DNA of 64,000 nt from Halarcobacter sp. (lineage in GTDB: Bacteria; Campylobacterota; Campylobacteria; Campylobacterales; Arcobacteraceae): contig CP182352.1 in the NCBI GenBank assembly GCA_048571215.1, positions 2,656,001 to 2,720,000 on the forward strand. The letters run 5' to 3'. Below the pieces are notes generated by a model. That model was not told the origin of the DNA. It saw nothing but the letters and a program-made list of their open reading frames with translations, and did no database searches. The first letter of the stretch is position 1. Each line of letters starts with the position of its first letter. This document shows positions 18,851-27,940 of the stretch, piece by piece. Both the position numbers and the translations under genes were made by a program.

Positions 18851-21235
18851 ATGAAAAAAGCAATGATAGAACAGATAATGATAGGTGGTATCCTCTTTAC
18901 CATGCTAACACTATTTGTTGCAACAGTATATGATGAAAAATCTGCAAGAGATAGAACTTATGAATTAAAAACAACAGCACAAGAAGTTTCAATAGGTCTT
19001 GCTAAATACTATGAAGATCAAATGGATATGTGTACAGCTGAAAGTATTGTAACAGAGATATTAAAAAAAACTACTACAGGTCAGTTTTTACTTGATAATA
19101 ATTTGATCTCATTTCAATGGAAAAACTTAAAACCAGATAGTGATGGTGATGGTGTAGGAGATGATGGTGAACCTGATACTATTGTAACTACAATTGCACA
19201 ACATGATTATGATACTTTTTGGTATAAACTTTTTGGTTTAAATAAATTTCAAATTGGTCCTTTTACTGAAACTAAAGAAGTTCAAACACCTAAAAATGTA
19301 AATATTACGTTTGGTGGGCAAAATGCTGGTTATACAAATATGATAGGTACTTATCAATTAGACCAAAACAATTGTGTTATAAATACTCAACTTATTTTAG
19401 CAAATTCAAAGGACAATAGTAAAGTTGGTTCAAAACTTGGGAGTACAATTCAATCACCACCAACTTTTATATTTATCATGCCAAATGGATACCAAGAATT
19501 TAAAGAAAAAGGTTATACTCCCAGTGAAACTGATGTAATTAATATATCAAATCATTGTTTTGGGGCAAACACACAACCTGACTTATCTATAGGTAACACA
19601 TCATTAGGAAGCAATGGTAGAATTTATTTTGAACAAACAGAACTTAATAGTGACAAGTATGAACATATTCAAATTATTCCTGATAGTATTTGGAAAACAT
19701 ATAATGACTATGTAAATGGACAAGGAGATTTTTCGGGACAAGGAACTAAATCGTATGATGATTTTATGAGTTATTGTGAACAGATAAATTCTGACAGTGA
19801 CCCAAGTAATGATATGAATTGTAAAGACGATCCAAATGATGAATACCAATATGCAATGGAAGATTTAGATGATGGTGGAGATGAAGATTTTAATGATATT
19901 TTCCTAAATACAACAAGAATAGCTATACCAAATAAACTTAATGATTTTGAAATAGATCCTCATAATGGGAATATATCATTAACATGTAATAATAATAATA
20001 ATAATAAACCAACTATATCTATTGAAAATTGTCCTGATTCAATAGATGAAGATACAAGTTTTACTATAAATTGGACAGCTTCTGATAGTGATGGAAATGT
20101 TATAACAACTGATGCTGCTGCTGATAATGGTTCTGTGGCAATTAATGGTACTGCAGAAAATGGAACAGTCGGATATACTCCAAATACTAACTATTTTGGT
20201 CAAGATACAATTACTATGCAAACAACTGATAATAGTGATAATAGTACATTTGCATATTGTACTTTTAATGTAATAGAAGTAAATGACCTTCCTACAATAT
20301 CTGGAACACCTATAACCACTGCAGATATTGGGAAAGTTTACTCATTTATTCCTACAGCATCAGATGTAGATGGAGATCCCCTAACATTTTCAATTGAAAA
20401 TAAACCACAATGGGCTTCATTTAACTCTGCAACAGGCCAATTAATTGGTACACCTTACGATTCAGATGCAGGTACATATTCTAGTATTGTGATTAGTGTA
20501 TCAGATGGAAGAGGTGGAACAGCATCTCTTGAACCATTTAATATTTTTGTACCACACTCTGATACAAACCCTAAACTTTTAAGTAATATTCCTGACCAAA
20601 GTGTAACAGAGAAAACTACATTTTCTTATAGTACAAGTCAACATTTTGAAGATCCTAATGGAGATATATTGACATACTCTATAGATCAGTCAGAATATGC
20701 AGGAAATATAAACTCAAATACAGGTTTAATAACTATCAATATACCTGATAATACAGCAGGAGATACAATAACATTAACAGTTAGAGCAACAGATCCAGGA
20801 GGATTAACTGTTGCTGATACATTTGTATTAACAGTTAGTGCTAATACAGAATGTACAATAGATGAAACTGATGACTTTAGTGATGATAATCACGCGTGGT
20901 CGGGTGGAAATAAAACACTTTTATATCACTATAAAATAGATAGAGATACTACTGCCTACAAAACATATGATTTTGGTTCTGGTTGTAAAAATACAAATGT
21001 GTCACTATCTTTTCAATATTATACACCATATTACTGGGAAAATGCTGATAAGTTAAAGTTATATATTAACGACTCATATTCTACAGAATATTCTAGATCA
21101 AATGGTAAATGGACATCAAAATCAATAAATCTACAAACAGATTCAAGCGGTAAACTAAAAGTCGGACTAATGCCTGATTCAAATAAAAATAATGAAATTG
21201 TATATATTGATAATATAAATATTAAAAATCAATAA
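18851..21235 (+). CDS. TadG-like pilin-anchored adhesin with Ca-binding and cadherin/Ig-like repeats
   Basis: Pilin-like N-terminus MKKAMIEQI plus TM; DUF4114-like EDLDDGGDEDFND; repeats ASDSDGN, ASDVDGDPLTFSI, FEDPNGDILTYSI; C-terminal beta-sandwich ending VYIDNINIK. Confidence 0.75.
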   Translation: MKKAMIEQIMIGGILFTMLTLFVATVYDEKSARDRTYELKTTAQEVSIGLAKYYEDQMDMCTAESIVTEILKKTTTGQFLLDNNLISFQWKNLKPDSDGDGVGDDGEPDTIVTTIAQHDYDTFWYKLFGLNKFQIGPFTETKEVQTPKNVNITFGGQNAGYTNMIGTYQLDQNNCVINTQLILANSKDNSKVGSKLGSTIQSPPTFIFIMPNGYQEFKEKGYTPSETDVINISNHCFGANTQPDLSIGNTSLGSNGRIYFEQTELNSDKYEHIQIIPDSIWKTYNDYVNGQGDFSGQGTKSYDDFMSYCEQINSDSDPSNDMNCKDDPNDEYQYAMEDLDDGGDEDFNDIFLNTTRIAIPNKLNDFEIDPHNGNISLTCNNNNNNKPTISIENCPDSIDEDTSFTINWTASDSDGNVITTDAAADNGSVAINGTAENGTVGYTPNTNYFGQDTITMQTTDNSDNSTFAYCTFNVIEVNDLPTISGTPITTADIGKVYSFIPTASDVDGDPLTFSIENKPQWASFNSATGQLIGTPYDSDAGTYSSIVISVSDGRGGTASLEPFNIFVPHSDTNPKLLSNIPDQSVTEKTTFSYSTSQHFEDPNGDILTYSIDQSEYAGNINSNTGLITINIPDNTAGDTITLTVRATDPGGLTVADTFVLTVSANTECTIDETDDFSDDNHAWSGGNKTLLYHYKIDRDTTAYKTYDFGSGCKNTNVSLSFQYYTPYYWENADKLKLYINDSYSTEYSRSNGKWTSKSINLQTDSSGKLKVGLMPDSNKNNEIVYIDNINIKNQ

Positions 21236-21243
21236 ATATATCG

Positions 21244-21275
21244 CTAAAGAGATATAAAGATTTATATCTCTTTAG
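21244..21275 (+). terminator. Hairpin after the adhesin gene; a TATAAT box near 21316 suggests a second promoter for the assembly genes
   Basis: 15-bp inverted repeat CTAAAGAGATATAAA-ga-TTTATATCTCTTTAG. Confidence 0.7.
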
Positions 21276-21355
21276 TTAATTAAAATCAATTAAATGTAAA
21301 TTTATTTTATTTTATTATAATATAAAATTAAGTTTGTACCCAAAGAAGGAACAAA

Positions 21356-22951
21356 ATGGATTATAAAACGTACCAAACATATACAGATATACAAGGTGCC
21401 TTAGATATTAGACGAGAAAATGTTATAGAAATATTAAACTTATTTGTACTTATTTCAAATATTGGTAAACTAACTTTTTTAAAATACGATTTTAAATTTA
21501 ATAACTTTGTGTATAACTTTACAATTGATGGACATAATACAATAGATGATGATATACATTTTATGAATAACAAGTTCTCTATTGTATTAAAAGAGGGTGA
21601 TATTATCTATGGTAAAATAACCTTCAACAAAAGAATCTGGTATAGGCAAGTTTTAAAAGAGTTATTAAAAAAAGCAAAAGTATCATTAAGAAATATTTTT
21701 GAGATTGAAAAAGATCTACTTTCACAAAACACCCCATTAAACATCTATATAATAACAGATAAAAATACAATCAAATTTGCAAATAAATTACAAACAAACC
21801 TTGATATTCTACTAAATGCAGAAATAAGTATTTTGCATGATATCACAAGAATTACAGAAAAACTAAATGCAAAAAATTCTAAAAATATTATAATCTATAC
21901 TATTCAAAATGCAGAATTAATAAATGATGATAAACAAATCATTGAAAACTTTAATGAGTTTGTAATAGTGATTGGTCCAAATGACCATAACCTTTCACTT
22001 ATGTGTGGACAACTAAATATACACAGTTATGTTTCAATTAGTGAATTCTCACCTGAACATGTCAAAAACCTTATTTTAGACACAAAATATAAACTTATTA
22101 ATAAAAATAAACAAGATAATAAAATTTTTGCAATAACTGGAATCTCTGGTGGTATTGGAACAACTACAGTGTCAATGAATACAGCAGATATAATTGCTAA
22201 AAACTCTCCAAATAAAAATGTTTTATATGTGGATTTGTCAACTACAAAAGCTATTAGTAATCTATTTTTATCACAAAATCCTGTACCAAACCATTCAATT
22301 ATAGACTTAGTTAATTTTGGAGATTTTAATATCCAGAAAAATCTTGATTTGGGATTAGTTAAGGTTAGAGAAAATTTTTATGCTATCAATGGAATACAAA
22401 AACATATTGATAGAGACCTCTTAGAAAAAGATACTTTTATAGAAAAACTTTTAGATTATCTAATAAAAGCTAGTGAACATTTTAATGTAATAATTATAGA
22501 TACTGGTGCTGCTGATGCCTCAGCTCTTAAAAGTACTATTTATGATTTGGTAAATGAAATCTGGATATTAACAGAAATGACCCTACCCCATGTATCAAAA
22601 CTAAAAACCTTTTATTCACTTATGAAAAGAGCTGGACTAAAAGATAAAGTTAGTTTTATAGTAAATAGAGTTAACTCTTTAAATGAAATCTCATCTTCAG
22701 ATTTTGATTCTATCATGAATACAAGTGCAAAAGATGAAAAACTTGTATATTTAAAGATACCAAATGATTATGAAACCCTAGGAAAATGTTGGAATTACTG
22801 TGAATTGGCAAATCAAGTTTCTAGTACTTCACCTTTTGTTAAAACCATTGAAGAGATAATCTTGCAAAAAGATTTGATTGGGGATAAGATTGAAAAAACA
22901 AAAGTAAAAAAAAGTTTATTTTCATTTTTAGCAAATAAGGACAAAAGTTGA
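21356..22951 (+). CDS. tadZ: TadZ/CpaE-like pilus localisation protein (MinD/ParA-like, with N-terminal extension)
   Basis: ITGISGGIGTTT deviant P-loop, VLYVDL, IIIDTG, IVNR, IPND; immediately before the TadA ATPase. Confidence 0.82.
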   Translation: MDYKTYQTYTDIQGALDIRRENVIEILNLFVLISNIGKLTFLKYDFKFNNFVYNFTIDGHNTIDDDIHFMNNKFSIVLKEGDIIYGKITFNKRIWYRQVLKELLKKAKVSLRNIFEIEKDLLSQNTPLNIYIITDKNTIKFANKLQTNLDILLNAEISILHDITRITEKLNAKNSKNIIIYTIQNAELINDDKQIIENFNEFVIVIGPNDHNLSLMCGQLNIHSYVSISEFSPEHVKNLILDTKYKLINKNKQDNKIFAITGISGGIGTTTVSMNTADIIAKNSPNKNVLYVDLSTTKAISNLFLSQNPVPNHSIIDLVNFGDFNIQKNLDLGLVKVRENFYAINGIQKHIDRDLLEKDTFIEKLLDYLIKASEHFNVIIIDTGAADASALKSTIYDLVNEIWILTEMTLPHVSKLKTFYSLMKRAGLKDKVSFIVNRVNSLNEISSSDFDSIMNTSAKDEKLVYLKIPNDYETLGKCWNYCELANQVSSTSPFVKTIEEIILQKDLIGDKIEKTKVKKSLFSFLANKDKS

Positions 22952-24549
22952 GAAACTTAAGAAATCTAATAGCCGAAGAGGAACAGAAAAAAGAGATAAA
23001 AAAACAATCTTTTAGTGTGGAAAAAGCTCAAGAAGATGAGTCTTCAAATGATTTAGCCCCTATAAAAAAGATAGAACAGTTAAAACTAAAAAGTAGACAT
23101 ACAGGTCTAAAGTTTCCAGAAATATATTTGAATAAGAAACTTTTAGATTTAGCTTATGAGATAAACGACACTTTTATGTTAAATCTAAAATCTGATAAGA
23201 AAATCACCAGAGAATCTTTAGAAGAGGTTTTACCAGAGTTTATTTTATCATTTAAGCCAGCCAAAAACCTATCTAAAGAGTACTTAGATGATATAAAAGA
23301 GTTTATTATAAACAATGTTATTGGATATGGTCCAATTACAGCCTTATTTGATATTGCAAAAGATGGGTTGAATGATGTTATTGTAAATACAAGAGAATAT
23401 ATTGATATTATATATCAAGGTAAAACAATTGAGACTCCATTTACCTTTAGAAGTGAGGATGAATTAAGAAAAGTAATTGATAAGATGCTTGCTGAAAATA
23501 ATAGGAAAATTGATGAAGCACACCCTATTATGTCAAGTAAATTAAAAGATGGTTCCAGAGTAGAGGTTCAAATACCACCTATTGCAGCTAATGATGGAAG
23601 CTGTGTAACCATAAGAAAGTTCAACGATTTACCATTGTTATTGGAGTTTTTAATAGATTCTGGTCAAATGGATTACAAAATGGCATATTTCTTATTAAAA
23701 GTTGCAAAAGGAAAATGTAATATTATCGTTTCTGGTGGTACTTCAAGTGGTAAAACTACATTTTTAAATGCCATGACTAGGTTTATTGATGAAAATGAAC
23801 AACTAATGGTTATAGAAGATACAAAAGAGATGCAACCTCAAATGCCATGTCACTCTATTAGACAATATGAAGCTAGAATGGCAAATGAAGAGGGAAAAGG
23901 TGCTATTACCTTAGACTTTTTATTACGTTCAGCACTTAGATCATCTCCAAGAAGAATTGTAGTTGGTGAGTGTAGAGGTGGGGAAATAGTTGTTATGCTT
24001 AATGCCATGAATACAGGACATCCAGGTTCAATGACTACAGTGCATGCCGATAATACAAAAGAAGCCTTAGTAAGAATTGAAAATATGTATCTAGAAGCTA
24101 GACCAACAGCTAATATCAACTTTATTAGAGCTCAAGTTGTATCTGCTATTGATATAATTATACAACTAGTAAGATTTCCTGATGGTTCAAGAAAACTAAT
24201 CACTATCTCAGAAGTTGAAAAAAGAATAGAAGACAATGCTGTAATATCTTTAAATAATATCTTTGAATTTAAAAGAGATACTAGTGATATGACAAAAACT
24301 AGAGGAAGTTTTGAGATTGTATCAACTCCTACTAGAACAGTGACTCAAATGAATATGTTTGGTGTAGATATAGATATGGGAATTTTTAATAAAGAGTTTG
24401 AGATGCCAAAATCTATGTTGATTGAAGAGTTAGAAAAAGATTTACCAACTAAAATGTGTGGTTGGAGACCTGATTATATGGATATTTTTCTAGAAAAAGA
24501 TCCTCAACTATTCCATAAATGGCCACATTTCCAAAAAGTAGAGAATTAA
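22948..24549 (+). CDS. tadA: TadA/CpaF pilus assembly ATPase
   Basis: GYGPI, IRKF, Walker A GGTSSGKTT, IED..E, IVVGECRGGE, AMNTGHPGSMTTVHA. Confidence 0.96.
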   Translation: MRNLRNLIAEEEQKKEIKKQSFSVEKAQEDESSNDLAPIKKIEQLKLKSRHTGLKFPEIYLNKKLLDLAYEINDTFMLNLKSDKKITRESLEEVLPEFILSFKPAKNLSKEYLDDIKEFIINNVIGYGPITALFDIAKDGLNDVIVNTREYIDIIYQGKTIETPFTFRSEDELRKVIDKMLAENNRKIDEAHPIMSSKLKDGSRVEVQIPPIAANDGSCVTIRKFNDLPLLLEFLIDSGQMDYKMAYFLLKVAKGKCNIIVSGGTSSGKTTFLNAMTRFIDENEQLMVIEDTKEMQPQMPCHSIRQYEARMANEEGKGAITLDFLLRSALRSSPRRIVVGECRGGEIVVMLNAMNTGHPGSMTTVHADNTKEALVRIENMYLEARPTANINFIRAQVVSAIDIIIQLVRFPDGSRKLITISEVEKRIEDNAVISLNNIFEFKRDTSDMTKTRGSFEIVSTPTRTVTQMNMFGVDIDMGIFNKEFEMPKSMLIEELEKDLPTKMCGWRPDYMDIFLEKDPQLFHKWPHFQKVEN

Positions 24550-24552
24550 AAT

Positions 24553-25482
24553 ATGGATAATACTATCATAATACTAATATTTGCAATCCCTATATTAACT
24601 ATTTTAGTTATAGTTTTAGGGTATAAATATTATTATGAACTTGATAGAAGAAGTAAAATTATAACTTTACTAAAAAAAGATAATAATGAGATATTAGATG
24701 AAAAAAAAAGAAAAAGATTTACAAAAAAAGAGCGAAATTGGCTTGGAAAAAAACTTGCATATGCAGGTTTTCCCCATCCTATCGCAGAGATAATTTATAT
24801 TCTAACCTCGATTATTTTTGGATTCTTAGCTGCAACTTTTATAAACTTTGTAATTCCGAATCCTATAGTGTTTGCTTTAAGCTTTTTAGCTTTTTGTTTT
24901 TTCCCTTTACTTGTGTTAAAAAAAATTATAGATGGTAGGCAAGAAGATTTTAACTTTGGATTAAAAGTTATCATTGATAAAGTAACTAGTATGATGAAAA
25001 GTGGTGTAGGTTTTGAACAAGCTTTAAAAAAAGCAGTTGCTACATCAAGGTCTAAACTTGCTAAAGAGACTTTTGAAATATATTTAAATGAAAAAGATAT
25101 TATAGGTGAAGATAAAGCATTTCAAAAGATGTTTACAGTTGTAGAATCAAGGGAACTTAGAATTTTTTACCTAACAATTTCTATTGGTAGGCAATCTGGT
25201 GGTAAGTTTTCAAATACTTTAGATAAACTAAGAAAAGCTTTACATGCCCAAGGGGAAATAAAACAAGAGATAACTGCCTCAACAAAAGAGGTAAAGGTAG
25301 GAAGTTATATGATTATAGGTTTAGTTATATTTATCTATAAGATGTTAAATAGTTCTTTAGATGGAGTTTTAGATGAACACTTTTTTGGCACAAGTGAAGG
25401 GCAGATACAAATGTTTTTTATAATTTGTTGGGTTACCTTTGGGGTGTTTGTAAATAGTATGTTATCAAAAATAAAGGCATAA
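24553..25482 (+). CDS. tadB: TadB inner-membrane platform protein (T2SSF family)
   Basis: TM pattern, MKSGVGFEQAL, RQSGGKFSNTL; follows tadA. Confidence 0.88.
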   Translation: MDNTIIILIFAIPILTILVIVLGYKYYYELDRRSKIITLLKKDNNEILDEKKRKRFTKKERNWLGKKLAYAGFPHPIAEIIYILTSIIFGFLAATFINFVIPNPIVFALSFLAFCFFPLLVLKKIIDGRQEDFNFGLKVIIDKVTSMMKSGVGFEQALKKAVATSRSKLAKETFEIYLNEKDIIGEDKAFQKMFTVVESRELRIFYLTISIGRQSGGKFSNTLDKLRKALHAQGEIKQEITASTKEVKVGSYMIIGLVIFIYKMLNSSLDGVLDEHFFGTSEGQIQMFFIICWVTFGVFVNSMLSKIKA

Positions 25483-25483
25483 A

Positions 25484-26326
25484 ATGAGTCCAATATTTTT
25501 CCTTCCAATTTTAATTGTAATTATAGGTATAATACTTTGGTATTTTTATGATACAAGAGGGACTAAAAAGAAAATCATTTTACTTTCAAAACTTGATGCC
25601 CTTGCAATTATTGACCAACAAAAAAATGTAAAAAGTAAAAAAGAGACTGAACAGAGTACTGATTTAAATCTACAGCTAATACAAGCTGGTCTTACAAAAA
25701 AAGAGTACAACGAAGGCAAGCTGGTATTTGCTTTAATAGGAATTATAATTGGAGTTTCTTTTCCTGTATTTTTTTCTACAAAAATTGGGATAATTGGTGT
25801 TGTTGTAGGGCTTATAGCAATAATATTTGGTGGGAAAATGTATCTTTCAATCTCTAAAACTGAAAGAACCGAAAAAATCAATAATGATTTAGGTGTATTT
25901 TTAGATTTGATTAATGTTATTTTAGAAGCTGGTGGCGGTTTAAAAAATGCTTTTTTTACTGTATCCACAAGAGCTCATAATATTTTAGACGAAGAGTTAT
26001 TAAAAGAAGTAGCTATTTTAGAGTATGAGATGACAAACTACTCAACAAAAAAAGCCTATGAAAACTTAAAAAAAAGAGTTGATTCAGATGATGTTTCAAA
26101 AATAGTTGATTTTTTAATTTTAAGTGAAGAAGCTGGTATTGGTGTAAAAAATATCTTTTCAACTCAAAGTGATGAGATGAGACAAGAAAAATTTTATAAA
26201 ATTAAAGGTAAAGTTAATACACTTAATATGTATTTAATGTTAGTAATATTTATCTTTGTAATTCCTGCATTAGGAGCATTTATTGTTTTTCCAATGCTTG
26301 CAGGAAAATTAGATTTTGGCATGTAA
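25484..26326 (+). CDS. tadC: TadC inner-membrane platform protein (T2SSF family)
   Basis: LIQAG, FLDLINVILEAGGGL, SEEAG...QSDEMR, C-terminal TM. Confidence 0.88.
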   Translation: MSPIFFLPILIVIIGIILWYFYDTRGTKKKIILLSKLDALAIIDQQKNVKSKKETEQSTDLNLQLIQAGLTKKEYNEGKLVFALIGIIIGVSFPVFFSTKIGIIGVVVGLIAIIFGGKMYLSISKTERTEKINNDLGVFLDLINVILEAGGGLKNAFFTVSTRAHNILDEELLKEVAILEYEMTNYSTKKAYENLKKRVDSDDVSKIVDFLILSEEAGIGVKNIFSTQSDEMRQEKFYKIKGKVNTLNMYLMLVIFIFVIPALGAFIVFPMLAGKLDFGM

Positions 26327-26335
26327 AGGAATAAT

Positions 26336-27499
26336 ATGAAGTTCGATAAACAGTTAGCTATAATTTTAGTTTTAATATCACTACTATTGTCAGCAATAGG
26401 TATCTCTATATATTTTTATAATAAAAATGAGCAAACAAAAAAAGAGAATAATCAATTAGTTAAAATATATGTAGCTAAAAATAATATTAAACAAAATACT
26501 CTTATAAAAGATAAAGATATAAAAGAAACAACAGTAGCTAAACAGTATGTATTGACAAAACCTTTACTAAAACAAGAGATTATAAATAAATATGCAATAG
26601 AAAATATCTATGCAAATGAGCAATTTTTAAAAGAAAAACTTTCAGTAACACCTCAAATAAAAAGACAATTAAGTAAAATATTAGACTATAACTACTCAAG
26701 TTACAATATGTCTTTTAAATTATTTAAAAATCCAAACTATTCTATACAACCAAATGATGTAATAAAAATTATTTCAGTATATCCTATGGATTCAGAAAAA
26801 AATAACTATAAAGTTAGATATGTAGCAAAAAATATTAAAGTCTTAGGTTTCTTAAGTGATGGGAAAGAGATAGAAAAAGCAATATACAAAAAAAAGGTAA
26901 AGAGGTTTGAAAAAAAACAACAAATTGAAGAGATTGTAGATATAAAATCAGATGAAATGATTTTAGATATTAAAGAGGATGTATTATTATCTTTGATTAG
27001 TGACTTCAACAAAGGTAACCAACTTTGGATGGTTAAATCAAAAATGGAAAATGATACAAAAGATGTTAAAAAAGTAACTAAAATTGATAAATCAAAACTA
27101 AATAAAACAAAAGTTAATAAAAGTTATAAACCTAAAAAAGTATATTACCCTATAACTTGGTATAAACCAGCTACTACTTATGAAACAAAAACAGCTATGA
27201 TTACTTATGCAAATGACTCTAAGAAAACTGATATCAAAAAAGCAAAAGTTGCATCTGATTACCAAAAAGAGTGTAGTGAAACTAATAAGTTATTATTAGT
27301 AAAATCTAGAACTGTTTACCTAAGAGAAGCTCCATCAATAAGAGCAAAGATTGATAAAAAAATTGCTAAGAACTATATCTTACCTTATGTATCAATTTCT
27401 AAAATAAACCCAAATTGGTATATGATATGTGATGAGACTTATGTACAAAGAAAAGATGTAGAAGTTATAACATATGATGATTATAAAAGGTTAAAATAA
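26336..27499 (+). CDS. rcpC: RcpC/CpaB alignment protein (SAF domain) with C-terminal SH3-like domain
   Basis: N-terminal TM, YVAKNNIKQNTLI SAF motif, IQPNDVIKII, VAKNIKVLG; C-terminal VYLREAPS...NWY. Confidence 0.78.
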   Translation: MKFDKQLAIILVLISLLLSAIGISIYFYNKNEQTKKENNQLVKIYVAKNNIKQNTLIKDKDIKETTVAKQYVLTKPLLKQEIINKYAIENIYANEQFLKEKLSVTPQIKRQLSKILDYNYSSYNMSFKLFKNPNYSIQPNDVIKIISVYPMDSEKNNYKVRYVAKNIKVLGFLSDGKEIEKAIYKKKVKRFEKKQQIEEIVDIKSDEMILDIKEDVLLSLISDFNKGNQLWMVKSKMENDTKDVKKVTKIDKSKLNKTKVNKSYKPKKVYYPITWYKPATTYETKTAMITYANDSKKTDIKKAKVASDYQKECSETNKLLLVKSRTVYLREAPSIRAKIDKKIAKNYILPYVSISKINPNWYMICDETYVQRKDVEVITYDDYKRLK

Positions 27500-27502
27500 A
27501 AT

Positions 27503-27931
27503 ATGGAAAAAAAACAGATGAAAAAAGCAGCCATAGAAAATATTCTAATATGGATGGTACTGTTTACAAGTTTTGCTACTTTCTTTTTTTTTATAATTAA
27601 CTATGCAACCATATTAAGAGTACAGGATAATATGATTGCTATATCAGATTATGGAGCAAATTATGTTGCAGCAAATGGAATAGGTGATAATATATCTACA
27701 GATCTAAACAGAATAAAAGTAGATGGTATAAATACTATAAGTAGTGCAGATACTGGAGTTATTTGTAATGAAGTTTCAAATGTACCTTTAAACTTTACAG
27801 TAATATTCAAAACAGAAACAACAAATACTTCATATAAGTTTTATGGAGACAGTTTATCGGCAACTAAAGCAGTATTCAACCAACAAAGTGGTAATACAAT
27901 AACATGTACACTAAAAATAACCTTGAAGTAG
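27503..27931 (+). CDS. TadE/TadF-like minor pilin (start may be 27518)
   Basis: KKAAIENI plus hydrophobic helix, ISDYGANY, two Cys in the C-terminal domain. Confidence 0.72.
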   Translation: MEKKQMKKAAIENILIWMVLFTSFATFFFFIINYATILRVQDNMIAISDYGANYVAANGIGDNISTDLNRIKVDGINTISSADTGVICNEVSNVPLNFTVIFKTETTNTSYKFYGDSLSATKAVFNQQSGNTITCTLKITLK

Positions 27932-27940
27932 GAGAGAGTA

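Noticed and set aside
19988..20005. (AAT)6 as a phase-variation switch
   Set aside because: A triplet repeat keeps the frame; at most a linker-length polymorphism.
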